From Octopus sinensis (lineage: Eukaryota), in the NCBI RefSeq assembly GCF_006345805.1, contig NC_043004.1:72788001-72852000 (forward strand): a stretch of DNA of 64,000 nucleotides, in the 5' to 3' direction. Of this stretch, positions 23,644 to 37,317 are shown one piece after another; within the stretch, counting starts at the first letter, position 1, and every line of letters begins with the position of its first letter. The notes under the pieces were generated by a model. It did no database searches and had not been told where the DNA came from. It worked only from the letters and a program-made list of their open reading frames with translations. A program made the translations under genes and the position numbers.

Positions 23644-24534
23644 AGTGGTCACATGATGGTGTATACATCAATCAAGACTTTCTGGCTTTACATGGGTTAT
23701 CATCCAATCACGTGACAGACCAGCCTAGCATGGGAAAATTATGTTTGTTCACAGGAGTCCCTAATCAGCTTTAAAAAGAGGAATCTTTCCCACTATTCTT
23801 CAGTGAGATGGGAAGCACAATTGAGTTCCTATTTTGGTAAAGAGAAGAAAGTTATTTGGCAGATAGCCTTGACGTGCTGTTGTTCCGTTTAGTCAAGCAC
23901 ACATCACCAAGTTCCAACTGCATGGGTAACCATATGTATATTTTCTTCAGACAGTATCATTCAGTATGTACCAAAGTTTTCGGTACCGATTCATTTAGTG
24001 GTTGAATAAAGTGGGGAAGTCAGTTGCAACTCGTTTTCTTGTATTTCTTTCTGCTGTTATACCTAACTCGTTGGAACCAAGAAATTATAATTTTACCAGG
24101 GCCAGAGCTACGCCTACTCAACCTGAAAAAAATTATATCGTTGCTGGAACCTATTCCCATGCGATGTTGTGATTGGTGAGATTTTGTTGACCATATATGG
24201 ATAGTATTCTAGCGAATTACGACATTGAGTGTAGTGATGTGACTGCTGAACATTGTCATTACAGCTCTCTGGTTCCAGATATTTTACCTAATCCCAATTG
24301 ACACTACGTTATATTAGTTATATTCTCTATTTGCTGGTGCTATATCTTTGAGCTACTTCTTAAAAATAAATTAGCCTTATTAACGGGATCTACTTTTAAA
24401 GAGTTTGCATGTGTGATATTAAAAAAAACCTTGTGTTTTCTTTATTACACAGCGTTTGAGCGTCAAACAAAATGCTTTGCAGTATTTGTTCTGGGTCTCG
24501 TTTATGCTCTGAGTTTGAATTTCGCCCAGTTCTG

Positions 24535-25245
24535 TTTTGAAAAATTTTTGAAATGTGTTTTGAGAATTTTCGTTAAAGTTTTTGAAAATTTTTTTGAAAA
24601 TTTTCATCAAAGCGTTTGAGAATATTTCTGAAAATTTGATGCCAGCGCTGCCTTACTGGCTCCTGTGCTGGTGGCATGTAAAAAGCACCATCCGAATGTG
24701 ATCAATGTCAGTGCCTCCTGACTGGTCCCCATGCTGGTGGCACATAAAAAGCACCCAAGACACTCTCAGAGTGGTTGGTATTAGAAAGGGCATTCGGCTG
24801 TAGAAACCTTGCCAAGCCAGATGAGATTGGAACCTGGTGCAAATTTTTGAAAGTTTTTTGAAAATCTTCATCAAAATTTTAAAAAAATTTTTCTGAAAAT
24901 TTTCATCAAAATTTTAAAAAAGCTTTTTGAAAATTTTGATCAAAATTTCTGAAAACTTTCATCAAAATTTGGAAATTTTTTTGAAAATTTTCATCAAAAT
25001 TTTTGAAAGTTTTTTCAAAATTTTCATCAAACTTTTTGAAAAGTTTTTTGAAAATAATTTTTGAGAATATTTCTGAAAATTTTGATCAAAATTTGGAAAT
25101 TTTTTGAAAATTTTCAGCAAAATTTTTGAAAATATTCCTGAAAATTTTCATCAAAATTTTTGAGAATATTTCTGAAAATTTTCATCAAAATTTTTGAAAA
25201 ATTGTTTTGAAAATTTTCATCAAAATTTTGGAAAGTTTTTTGATG
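24535..25245 (+). repeat. 34-35-bp A/T-tract tandem repeat, interrupted by an RTE-tail fragment (24640-24840)
   Basis: CATC anchors at 25149, 25183 and 25218; same unit as 17697-17819. Confidence 0.85.
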
Positions 25246-25934
25246 ATTATATATATGTGTGTGTGAAGAAGTGTCACACCCTCACAGTGGAAGGAACCTG
25301 TGAAAGAGGTGGACCAGGAAGATATGGGATGAGGTGGTGAAGCATGGCCTTCAAACATTGGGCCTCACAGAGGCAATGACAAGAGACTAAGACCTTTGGA
25401 GATATGCTGTAATTGAGAAGACCCAGTGAGTAAAATGAGATCACAGCCGTGACCAATGCCAGTGTTGCATAACCAGTCCATTTAAAAGTAGTCTTGAATC
25501 ATTGGGCAACATGATGTGCTTGAGAAGACCTGTTGAGTCAAGTGGAATTGAAATCATAGTTGTGGTCATTGCTGCCTGACTGGCACCCATGCTGGTGGTA
25601 TGTAATAAACACCGTTGGAGCATAGGTCAATGCTAGTGCCACCTGACTGTCTCCCATGCTGGTGGCACATAGAAAGCACCATCCAAACGTGGTTGATGCC
25701 AGCGCTGCCTTACTGGCTCCTGTGCTGGTGGCATGTAAAAAGCACCCAAGACACTCTCAAAGTGGTTGGTATTAGAAAGGGCATTCAGCTGTAGAAACCT
25801 TGCCATGCCAGATGAGATTGGAACCTGGTGCAACTTACTGGCTTACCAGTTTACAGTTAAGCTGTCCAGTTCATGCCAGCATGGAAGGTGGACATCAAAT
25901 GATGATGATGTGTTTGCATGTCTGTGTGTGTGTA

Positions 25935-25990
<56 letters not shown>

Positions 25991-26008
25991 ATATATATAT
26001 ATTATATA

Positions 26009-26657
26009 TATACATAAATTATTAGAGAGTCATCCACTATGTGGATAACTCTAGTGCTAAAAATAGCTCCGAAGCAACCACAGAAGATCCGTTTCCAACT
26101 AGAATCAACACACATTTAACTGAAGGAAAGTGAAATACAACGAATAAAATAGATTGACTCTATACAATTGTTTCATTACTAAGCAATATGTAGTTTTACT
26201 TACACTTGCATCTATAAATCTTCGGTAGAGTTTGTCAGAAATGCAATTAATTAGATCGATTCGGGCGACAAAAACACGAGCGGTCCAACCAATTACATTT
26301 TTAGTTATGTCTCAAATTCCGCGCCAAAAGCATGCCTAGACTCCATTGGAAACATATGCCGCATCAAATAAAATATTGACTGCCGCGTAGTTAAATTTAT
26401 AAGAATCGATCTAATTAATTGCATTTCTGACAAACTCTACCGAAGATTTATAGATGCAAGTGTAAGTAAAACTACATATTGCATTAGTAATGAAACAATT
26501 GTATAGAGTCAATCTATTTTATTCGTTGTATTTCACTTTCCTTCAGTTAAATGTGTGTTGATTCTAGTTGGAAACGGATCTTCTGTGGTTGCTTCGGAGC
26601 TATTTTTAGCACTAGAGTTATCCACATAGTGGATGACTCTCTAATAATTATGTATAA
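26009..26657. repeat. Long inverted repeat (arms ~254 bp, spacer 140 bp) next to (TA)n
   Basis: 26009-26262 is the reverse complement of 26403-26657 with about two 1-nt indels seen. Confidence 0.95.
26434..26509 (+). ncRNA. Hammerhead-like motif (U4C variant, long stem II); mirror copy at 26157-26231 on the minus strand
   Basis: ACUCUA-CCGAAGA-[~45-nt stem-loop, AUGCAA/UUGCAU]-GAAA-C-AAUU-GUA-UAGAGU; lacks the G10.1-C11.1 pair. Confidence 0.55.
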
Positions 26658-26747
26658 ATTTGTATTTCCTCCGTAGTTTTTTGTGCTAAGCCACTTGGTG
26701 TTAAATTGACGGTATTATTAAATTAATATCGATTTTTCACCCTCATT

Positions 26748-26819
<72 letters not shown>

Positions 26820-26910
26820 TAATCCAAACGGGAAAACAGAAAAAACAACAACACGTGGAACAATTACAGTATTATTATTATTAGGCGCTCAGGAAAATGG
26901 AAGAAGGAGG

Positions 26911-26945
26911 GTATGACGTTTCGAGCGGAGCTCTTCGTCGGAAAC
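26911..26945 (-). ncRNA. Compact minimal hammerhead-like motif (PLE remnant)
   Basis: GUUU-CCGACGA-A-GAGC-UCC-GCUC-GAAACGUC-AUAC; palindromic ACGU stem III, one mismatch in stem I. Confidence 0.5.
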
Positions 26946-28849
26946 ATAGGAGAAAGAAAGATCCCGAGACAGAAGGACAGAGGAAAAAAAATTGCAGGTG
27001 GCAATATACATATATATACATACATATATATATGTGTGTGTGTGTGTATGGATATGTATATATTCTGGAAGCATTATGTTTTGGATTCTCCACTCATTAT
27101 AGGCACTGTCCCTACCTCATGCATTATGCCTGCCTCTTCCCCCTCTCCTCGCCCCAGCAAGCGTTTTGTCTTTACTACTTCTGTTGTACACCACCACCAC
27201 CGATCTTCTGTATCCTTCTATCTTCACCAGCTCATGGCTCTTGTCTCATCCACCCTCCAACCCTATCCATTTTGGCAGTCTTCCTCCCCACTCCTCATTC
27301 ACTTCCCCATACAATCATGCAAACCACCCACTCACCCATATTTGCTCTCCTTGTGCCTTGTGCTGGGGCCACCTGGCCATTATCTATGTCTTGCAGCTCC
27401 TCCTGATAATTTTCTCTTTTCCTTACTAGACATGAGTAATCATGCAGATCATTCTGCAGGAACCTACTCTCCCCCAGCTTTTCTCATAGTAATCCCCTCA
27501 TCCTCTAGCATGAAGCTGAAATCCCCACCCACAAAAGGGCTTGTTGTTTTGCAAACTCCATGGTGACCTCACTTGTGCATCCAGTCAACATTGTGAAGTG
27601 GTTGGCATTAGGAAGGGCGTCTAGCCATAAAAAAAGACCAAAGCAGACACTAGAGCATAATGCAATCCTTGCACACATCAGATCCTGTCAGACCATCCAA
27701 CCCATGCCATGGGACATAGATGTGAAATGATGATGATGATGATCTTCTTAATATATATATGTTTGCTTGTCCCCCCAACATCGTTTGACAACCGATGCTG
27801 GTGTGTTTATGTCCCCGTAACTTAGCGGTTCGGCAAAAGAGACCGGTAGAATAAGTACTAGGCTTACAAAGAATAAGTCCAGAGGTCAATTTGCTCGACT
27901 AAAGGCGGTGCTCCAGCATGGCTGCAGTCAAATGACTGAAACAAGCAAAAGAGTACCGTAGATGAATGATACCTCTGTCATCTATCTTTGTCACTGTGCA
28001 TGCCTTTCTCTAAGGCCTCCCACCCTACGAATCATTTCCCTATTCCTGTTTATTTATTTATCTACTGCCACTTCTATTTCTTTCACCTCTCCGCTCCCAT
28101 ATGGACATTTACAATTGACAACACTTACACCCTTCTTTGTCATCCACTACATTCATCTCTGTTCCTGTCTCCAACCATCTATCATTCTTCTCTCGCATAG
28201 TTATGAACTTATTCAAACATCCTTCCTGGTCCGCAGTCTGTATTTTCTCCTATTCTCAACTTCTTGTTCCTTGAATGTATGTTCTGATGCCTAATCACCA
28301 TCATCTTTCTTTTAGCTACTTTTGCCGACCCGTATATAATTGTTGGGTAGACATGTTTCTCCTCTGAAGCAAGAGGCCTGTGCCCTTGTCGTATTTTAGT
28401 CTCTCAACTCCTGGCATAAAGTCATCTCTCTCCTACAACCCCTGTCCTGTGAGTTATTTGGTGACTTCACTAGAGCTGGTATGAAAAAAAAAATAGGGGT
28501 CATAAAATTATGATACCTATTTCATCAACAGTTGAAACTTGATCACAATTTGTTCACGGAATACAGTTGAAACTAGAGGGAACTTAAAATAAATGAATAT
28601 ATATATATTTACAGCGAAATGAAAGCTAAATACGAATATTTTAAATGGTTTACAATAAAACTGAATATTTCAATTTTTTGCCTACTATTTGATAAAAACC
28701 GCTATAATTAATGTTTATTTATTTTGTTAACGTCGTCTCAACAAAAACCGATATATTTCTTCAAGTAAGAATGTAGCTAGGACAGATAAGATTTTGATAG
28801 TTATAACACCTGTCGCAGGTGGAAAACCAGGAAAGAAGTTGGCGAAATA

Positions 28850-29102
28850 TTGAAAATTATTGTTGTGTGTCGGAAGAGATTTATGATGATGATTCTCATT
28901 ACGATGGAACCAGGAAGTAAATAAAGTTACAGATATCACAAATGAGTATCATTGTGGAAACAGAAGAATATAATTTTTAAATGCTTTTCACAGAAATTAT
29001 TGACCCCAAAACTTTTGGCAGTTCATTGTTTTGTGGTGTCACCGCCGGTGTAAGCGGAACGAGTGCGCACGCCATTCTGTCTTCCGCAAAGACGAGCTAA
29101 AA
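28850..29102 (+). promoter_or_regulatory. Probable STX8 promoter/5' UTR
   Basis: Repeat-free, CpG-retaining stretch just upstream of the ATG; ETS-like GGAAGT near 28914 and NRF1-like TGCGCACGC near 29065. TSS unknown. Confidence 0.45.
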
Positions 29103-29119
29103 ATGCCTTCCGATCCTTG
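29103..29119 (+). CDS. STX8: Syntaxin-8 coding exon 1 (MPSDP-W split)
   Basis: ATG CCT TCC GAT CCT TG|GTGAGT; matches the MAPDPW start of vertebrate STX8 and supplies the 2 nt needed by exon 2. Confidence 0.85.
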
Positions 29120-31641
29120 GTGAGTAGAAACCTGATTTTTATCACTATTATAAACGATCCTGCATTATTTCCTTCTGAATCTTAGTAGTTATTTAAGCAG
29201 GACAGTTTCAGCTATTTTCGGTGCTATTCGTTTTACAGTTCTTCTCTTTTTTTTGTGTGTTTTAGGCGTCGCCTTCGTCCCGTGATTGTTTATTGTTGTT
29301 GATAAAACAATAATCTCGTGATCATGTCTAGTAATCTCTACACATGACACTAAACTTGCTTTAAAGTCTATATTTAAGAGTTCATGTTCCACACACAAAA
29401 CCTTCTTTAGAGCTATTCTTTAACAGTCTAAGTCCGGATAACGAAATTGTTATTAAAGACGAAGATCCATTATATTTCAGTAACTGTTTCACAAGTCTAA
29501 TTTCCTTTTAGCTTAACTCCAAACTCATATTTATTTACCATTACAACTCTTGTGTAATCTGTCTCTGGTGATCATTACACTGTATTAGTTTATTTATTGT
29601 TGAAATAATATCGACTCTGTTCATTGTCATTAGCTGAGATAAACTAACGAAGGGATCCACTGTAAACAATTGCTTTACCTGCTTGGAATAGTGGATGGAT
29701 CTCTTTCATATCACACCCTACAAACTTAGAAAAAGAACATATTAGGGGCGGGGAATCGAATGAATAAATAAAAAAAGAAACACGAGATGTTCATAGTTTG
29801 AACGCATTTCATAAGTTCGATCGATCGATCAGCGCTGAGCTGGATCTGAACAACAACTATTTCTTTACCACAACCAAATAAAGGCTCCCATTGTATTTAT
29901 CCATAACTTTCGATATAAGGAACGTTAACATCTTAGGGGCAAGGAGCAATTTGAGAAGTCTGGGCTCAGCTGTGCCATGCTAGTCTTAGCATTTTGGATG
30001 TTGGTACAGTTCGGCTTTAGTCCATGACTTCTTATTCCGCGTTTTAGGAGCAGCCTTGTTTCTAAGGGATCTTTCATCCAGGAGGCGTCACTCAGCTGAT
30101 CTGGTTGCTGTTTGTCGACCATAAAATTACATCCTCTTGGAATTATAATAGAATTATGGTTGTTGTTATTCAATTGTCCAGCTTCTCACCCCCAGTCAAC
30201 TTTGATCAAGCAGATCTATGGTCAAAAACATTCCAATCCTGCACTTTTAACAGCATCTAGGAATATGTTGTTTAATGTATCCCCTCTAAAGCGGCGAGCT
30301 GGCAGAATCGTTAGCACACGGGGCAAAAATGCTTAGCAGTATTTTGTTCGTCTTTATGTTGTGAGTTCAAATTCCGTCGAATTTCACTTTGCCTTTCATC
30401 ACTCCAGGGTCGGTAAAATAAGTAGCAGCTGAGTCGATGTAATCGACTTAACCCTTACCCTGAAATTACTGGCGTTGTGTCAAGGTTTGAAACAATCATT
30501 TAATTTATCTTCCTCTTTGAAGGCGTGGGGTCTGATTTGAGGAAGATCTGACCGATATTCCTTGCAGGTGTAGTAATCCCAAGAATCCCAATTAAGTTCA
30601 GATGAATGACTGTAGTGTAAGTAAACAGGATTGTGTATCATTCATGTCTTTCGCAAGGACATGGACGATCTCAGTAAAGTTATAATGACTTTCGCCGAGA
30701 AATATAAAGTTTACTGAAGACAATATAGGGAGACTTACGACTTCCGTTAGACAAGTTTTTTTTCAACGATATGTCATGTAGAAGTTCAAGAATAATCAAT
30801 AAATTAGATAAACACACGACTAATTGTATATAAATCAATGTATAAACAGTAGCGTTTTGCAATATGTTGCTGTTGTAGGGGAGGCTGTTCACACTTCATG
30901 CATAAATTTATGTTATTTACCTATCTATACTCGCGCGCGCACTTATGTGTATGTATTATTGTATATTTTAATGGTATACTTAATTCTCTGTGACTCAGCT
31001 AGATGTCAGAAACTGTGATACACCTTCAAGAACATTATTAGTGATAAGTAGCTATACTATCATCACCACCACCACCACCATCATCATCATCATTTAACAC
31101 TAGCTTTTCCAAGCATGCATAGGTTTGATGGAGTATATTGAGGCAAATTTTTCTATGGCTACCTTTCCTGTCACTAATCCTTACCTGTTTCAAAGTAAGG
31201 TAATATTTTTGCATAGTAAAATATGTTTTTGAAGAATATTGGAAATGAATGACGTTTATTAACAACAATCAAGTGATGTCAAGACAAAGAGATACAAACA
31301 TATACACAACTATGCACCCCACCACACACATATAAAGGGACAAGATTCTTTCAGTTTCTGTCTATCAAATCCCCTCACAGAACTTTGGTCAGTCTGAGGC
31401 TATAGTAGAAGACACTTACCCAAGGTGCCACATATGGGACTGAACCCAAAACCATATGGTTGGGAAGGAAGCTTCTTAACCCCACGGCCTTACCTGTACC
31501 TGTCTACTTGCTATCAGGAAACTGGAGCTAATAACCACCCGTTTAAAGAATGCTTTTTGGTGTTTTGTGGATATTTTCATGACTGTGGTTACAAGATTTC
31601 TTTTACAAACAGATAGCTCTGGCTATATATATATATATATA

Positions 31642-33103
31642 TTGGGTCATCCCATAAATAATGCGTTTACGGTGGCACATAAAAAGCACCCACTACACTC
31701 TCGGAGTGGTTGGCATTAGGAAGGGCATCCAGCTGTAGAAACTCTGCCAAATCAAGATTGGAGCCTGGTGCAGCCATCTGGTTCACCAACCCTCAGTCAA
31801 AATCGTCCAACCCATGCTAGCATAGAAAGCGGATGTTAAACGATGATGAGGATGATGACTTCATTTATTTTTCAAAATTAAGATAAGTTCTTTTTTAGTC
31901 TAAAATATACTCTCCTTCATTTTTTACGATGCCCTTCCATCCATCTGGTAGACTTACAAGGCTCCGCTTCCAAAATTTGCTTGTCTGTGATGAAAAATAC
32001 TTCTCCAGTACTGTTCTGACGTTGTCTACAGAATTCATATTTTTTCTGTCCAAATGATTTTGAAGACTGCAGAATAAATGATAATCAGATGGGACAATGT
32101 CTGGCAAATATGGTGGGTGGGGCATTGTTTCCTATTCACACTGCTCCAGCTTTTGGAATGTCATTCTTGTGAGATGTGGCCGAGCATTATCCTGATGGAA
32201 GAACATCTTTCGTCTTGAAACCAAAGATGGTAATTTTTCTTCTAGTGCTGACTTAAGCCATTCATGCTGCTTGCAGTAGATCTTCTTTGTTATCCTTTGG
32301 TTTGGGTTTAAAAGTTCAAAGTAGACTAAACCTCTCATATCCCACCAAACAGATAACAACACCTTACATGGGTGAAAATCCTCTTTAGCCTGGGGTACTG
32401 GTGTTTCTTCTTTCCCTACCCACAATCTTCAGTGCTTGACATTTTTATAGAGAACCCATTTCTTGTCACCACACACTATTTAGTCCAACAAAGGTTCATT
32501 CATGAGATGTGACCGCAAAGAAGAGCGCACATTTACTCTCGGCATGCAATTAGAGTCAGAAAGTTTATGAGAAATCCATTAGCCTAATTTGCTGACTTTT
32601 TGAATGGCACACAGGTGTTGATGAATGATTGAATGACCAAAGCCAAGCTTCTCTGCTAGTTTCTCAATAGTTAGATGGGATTTTGTTCCACCAGGGTTTG
32701 CAGGATGTCCTCGTTGAGCAATACTGATATTCCAGGATGAGGCTCATCTAGGTTGTAGTTTCCAGCTTGGAATTTTCTGGAACCACTGTTGACCCTGGCT
32801 TACTCTTATTGTCCAATTCCCATATACTGCATTAATATTCCTTGCACTTTCCATTGCATTGTTGCCTTTATTGAATTCATGAAGTAAAATATACTGAATA
32901 TTCTCCTTTGTCACTTCCATTATAGCTTTGAAAAAATAACTATTAAAATCGAAGTGCACTCTTCAAAACTTGCACTAAGAATAAGTACAAGATAAAATTA
33001 CTACCTGTTTTTATAGCAAGTTGATGCAGGTAGTTTATCCTGTCCTCCTCTGACTTTTAGTTGATGCAGTTGAAAAAACTGCATTATTTATAGGATGACC
33101 CAA
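31642..33103 (-). mobile_element. Decayed mariner transposon (D,D34D) with an RTE-tail insertion just inside the left TIR
   Basis: TIRs TTGGGTCATCCCATAAATAATGCG / GCATTATTTATAGGATGACCCAA flanked by TA; fragments ILLHEFNKG, KVLLSVWWD, FHQDNARPH, HPPYLPDIVPSDYHLF; frameshifts and stops. Confidence 0.9.
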
Positions 33104-33568
33104 TATATATAATATACATATATGTACTGGTGTATGTAAAGAGCACCATCCAAACGTGGCCAATGCCAGTGCCGCCTGTCGGCAACATGTAAAAAGCACC
33201 AACTGATCGTGGCCATTTGCCAGCCTCCTCCAGCCCCTGTGCTGGTGGCACATAAAAAACACCCACTACACTCACAGAGTGGTTGGTTGGCATTAGGAAG
33301 GTCATCCAGCTGTAGAAACACTGCCAGATCAGACTGGAGACTGGTGCAGCCTCCTGGCTTCCCAGGCCCCGGTTGAACTGACCAACTCATGCTAGCATTG
33401 AAAACGGACGTTAAACGATGATGATAATGATGATGATATATATGTTCATGTTTTTGAGTATGCATAGAAAAGTTCCTATTTTATTAGTCAGCTACAGCCT
33501 AATAATAGCAACTAGCAATAGCAGTTTTATGGGGTTGTACCAAGATGTGCTGATATAATGTTGAGTAA

Positions 33569-33614
<46 letters not shown>

Positions 33615-34455
33615 CCATGGATGGAATTTATAAATATTTTAATGCATTGCTATGTGCATTTCCACAAATTATATGTTTCTTCTGATTGTAGTCTGAATTC
33701 CTGATCATAGTACAGTCCACAGTATTCACAGACATCAGGTAGATCATATTCACGTGTTCAGTTCCTCAGGTGATATAGCATTAATGATGGAAGCAGCAAA
33801 TGTATAGCTGAAGGTTGTTTATCAATTTTAATGAAAAAGTTGATTGGAATATTGTCGTCGTTTTCATCATCATCATCATTTAGTGTCCTCTTTCCATGCT
33901 GGCACGGGTTAGATGGTTTGACTGAAACTGGTAAGCTGGAGAGCTGTGCCAGGTTCCAATCTGATTTGGCATGGGTTCTACTGCTGGGTGCTCTTCCTAA
34001 TGCCAACCACTCCAAGAGTGTAATGTGTGCTTTTTACGTGCCACCAGTATGGGTGCCATTTACATAAACATTGGTTACGGCCATGACTACCATTTCACAG
34101 GTGCCATCCACATGGCACAACTACAGTTTCGCTTGACTCAATGAGTCTTCTCAAGCACAGCCTATCGCTAAGGTCTCAGTCACTTGTCATCACCTCTGTG
34201 AAAACCAACATTTGAACATTATGCTTTATCACCTCATCCCTTGCCTCTGTGAGGCCCTAAATTTTGAAGATCATGCTACTAGCAATGACCATGACTACAA
34301 TTTCACAAGTGCCATTTACATGATACTAACAATGGCCATGACTACAGTTTCACTTGGCTTGATGAGCCTTCTTAAGCAAAGCATATTGCCAAAGGTCTTT
34401 GTTACTAGTCATCGCCTCCATGAGGCTCAACATTTGAAAATCATGACCATACCAT

Positions 34456-34863
34456 GTGCAGGAGTGGCTGTGTGGTAAGTAGTTTGCTTACCAACCACAT
34501 AGTTCTGGGTTCATTCCCACTGCGTGGTACCTTGGGCAAGTGTCTTCTACTATAGCTTCAGGATGACCAAAGCCTTGTGAGTGGATTTGGTAGATGGAAA
34601 CTGAAAGAATGAAAGAAGCCCATCGTATATATGTATATATATATGTGTGTATATGTTTGTGTGTCTGTGTTTGCCCCCCAACATTGCTTGACAACCTATG
34701 CTTGTATGTTTACATTCCTGTAAGTTAGTGGTTCGGCAAAAGAGACTGATAGAATGAGTACTAGGCTTACAAAGAATAAGTCCTAGGATCAATTAGCTTG
34801 ACTAAAGGCGGTGTTCCAGTATGGCCGCTGTCAAATGACTGAAACAAGTAAAAGAGATAAAAG
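34456..34863 (+). mobile_element. SINE family A, near full length
   Basis: Head, body and AAAAGAG tail. Confidence 0.85.
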
Positions 34864-37217
34864 ACACCAGTGCAGTATTGTGTCTCTTGCAAACCACATC
34901 TGATGCCTCTTTTGCCCAGTTTTTCTCTAAAGACTTTTATGTTCTGTCATTTATGCACACTGATATTGCACATCCAGTGAAGCATACTAGCTTCATTTCT
35001 TTCAATCTTTTGAATGTCTTCTGTGGTCAAAGCCCACGTTTCATGACTGTTCATACACGGGCAACATACAATCTACCTTTCATTCTGAAGGAGAGGCTCT
35101 TTGTTACCAACAGAGGTAGAAGCTCTCTGAACTTTGCCCAGCCTATTCTTATTTTAGTAGCTATACTCTCAGAGCATTCACCTCCACTCCTTTCTCAAAG
35201 TCACTTATTTTCATGAAAGTGGATATTATCCATGGATTGTACTCATGTATTTCTCTCTAGCCTCCACATACCGTCCATATTCTATACCCATGTTTCACAA
35301 CCATGCAGCATCTCAATTTTTATACTTGTTATGTACAAATGAAACCGATTGTTTCTGATGTGTTTGTGCACTGCACACCCTCTAAACTCTCTTCTTTCCT
35401 GATGCCAACAGGCTTTTCTATCAACATTATAGAATTTTTCTACCAGTGACCTCATCATCATCATCATCATTTAATGTCTGTTTTCCTTGCTGGCATGGGT
35501 TGGATGGTTTGACAGGAGCTGGTTAGCTGGAGAGCTGTCTGGGCTTCATGTCTGTTCTGGCATGGTTTCTATGGCTGGATGCCTTTCCTAATGCAAGCCA
35601 TTTTACAGAGTGTGCTGAGTGCTTTTACATAGCATCAGCATGGGTGCTTTTATGTGGCACTGGCATGAGTGCATTTCACATGGCACCAGCACCCATGTGC
35701 CTGCAAGATTAAGAACACTTAACTGAAGAGGGATGCAGGGGCATGCCTGTATGCAAGCATAACCACATATTTTCTTAGCTCGACGTGTCACCTTAAGCAC
35801 AGCAAACTGTTAAATAATATAGTGTTATAAGCAACACTTACTTAAGAAAACTTCCACATTTACACCCTACTTACTTCCAACTGCACACACTATGCAGTCA
35901 TGCAACTCCTCCAAAATTCTGCTTCTCCACTCCATCTGCCCCATCTCCATCGCAACTAAGCAATAAACTTCAATTCTTATTGCTTTTCACTATAAATTTG
36001 TTTGACTATGACTTAATCTGAGGATACACAACAATGAGTTTTATTTTGTGCTAACAAAGGAAGTCCTCTCCATAGCTGCTCATCATACTAGATATACCAG
36101 CTTAATTTCCCTCAAATCACACCCTACCATCTTCAGTTAGGAAAGGACATTTTGGAAAAACCTCCACCAAATCACACACTACTGGCTTGGAAAGGATGCA
36201 GCAGATAATGTATTCCTAAACATACTCCTTAACGACAAGATGATTATAGCTGAACAGCCTTGATCCTAGGTCTTCTTGATCGAGGCTGACTTGGGATTAA
36301 ACAGTCATGAAATTTTGTAAGGTCTTTAAACTAAGTTTAACCCCTTTCTTACTGTATTTCTGTTGAATTATGCTGCCTTTGTTTTAATTAATTCTGAAAA
36401 TAATTACAACTTTATTTAAACAGTTTTACTATTATTAACCTTGTGTTTAGAACATAAATTATCATAAATGACATCTATTTGTAACCAGTTACATGCTCAT
36501 AAGAGATTTATCACTTTCAGTATAAGAAACAGTGTGTAATACCTGGTTTCTATATCAGAGGTGATAAATCTCATCTAGAGATGTGGCTGACTGTGAGTAC
36601 ACAAGATTCAAGAAGGTCAAAAGATATCTGATGGTCTTGCCCCATTATATAACTGGCACTCCATAGGTTATGATGAAATAGATGGTGTTTGAGATGCCAC
36701 CAGGGCAAACCCACAAGATACAGTAGGGTGGGGGTAATATAAGGGGTACAGAGCGGATATGAAGATGGTTCAAACCTTTTATGTATATATTTTTTATTTT
36801 CGTATTACATGGCCTGACTCTCTGTCAGTTTTGGCAATGAGCGTTCAAGTTGATCCATCAGCAAAACAACCCGCTCACGATATTAACATGCAAGTGGCTG
36901 AGTACTCCATAGATATACATACCTTTAATATAATCCTCAGAGTGATTCAACATGCTACAGAATGTGACAAGTCTGGCCCTTTGAATTACTGGTATGACTC
37001 ATTGCTGAAGGACACAACACGCCATCAGGAATTGAACTCATAACTTTACGACATATGAGCTGATTACCCTAACCACTGAACCACATGTTTTTAAACACAG
37101 CATGTCTACAAGAGATTTTATCTCAGACAAAAACTACAGTAACTATCCAGTCGGTGGTGTATATACATTTAATATGATACATAAGTGACTATTTCACAAA
37201 ATTGTTTGTATTTTCAG

Positions 37218-37317
37218 GATGAGCAAACATGACAGCTGTGCCAAGTTGGGCCATGAACTCTTTGTTGAACTCAACAAAAGAGATAAACATCCACGAACAA
37301 GTTCTGCTTACACTAAG
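37218..37317 (+). CDS. STX8: Syntaxin-8 coding exon 2 (100 nt)
   Basis: TTTTCAG|G ATG AGC..ACT AAG|GTAAGA; MSKHDSCAKLGHELFVELNKRDKHPRTSSAYTK, Habc-domain helix similar to STX8. Confidence 0.9.

Noticed and set aside
28727-28939. Divergent gene sharing the STX8 promoter (human STX8 is head-to-head with CFAP52)
   Set aside because: The minus-strand ORF has no ATG and no WD40-like sequence; I found no supportable minus-strand coding exons upstream
30745-30830. Possible minus-strand exon ending in a GTAAGT donor
   Set aside because: Single splice-like motif, no recognisable protein or partner exon
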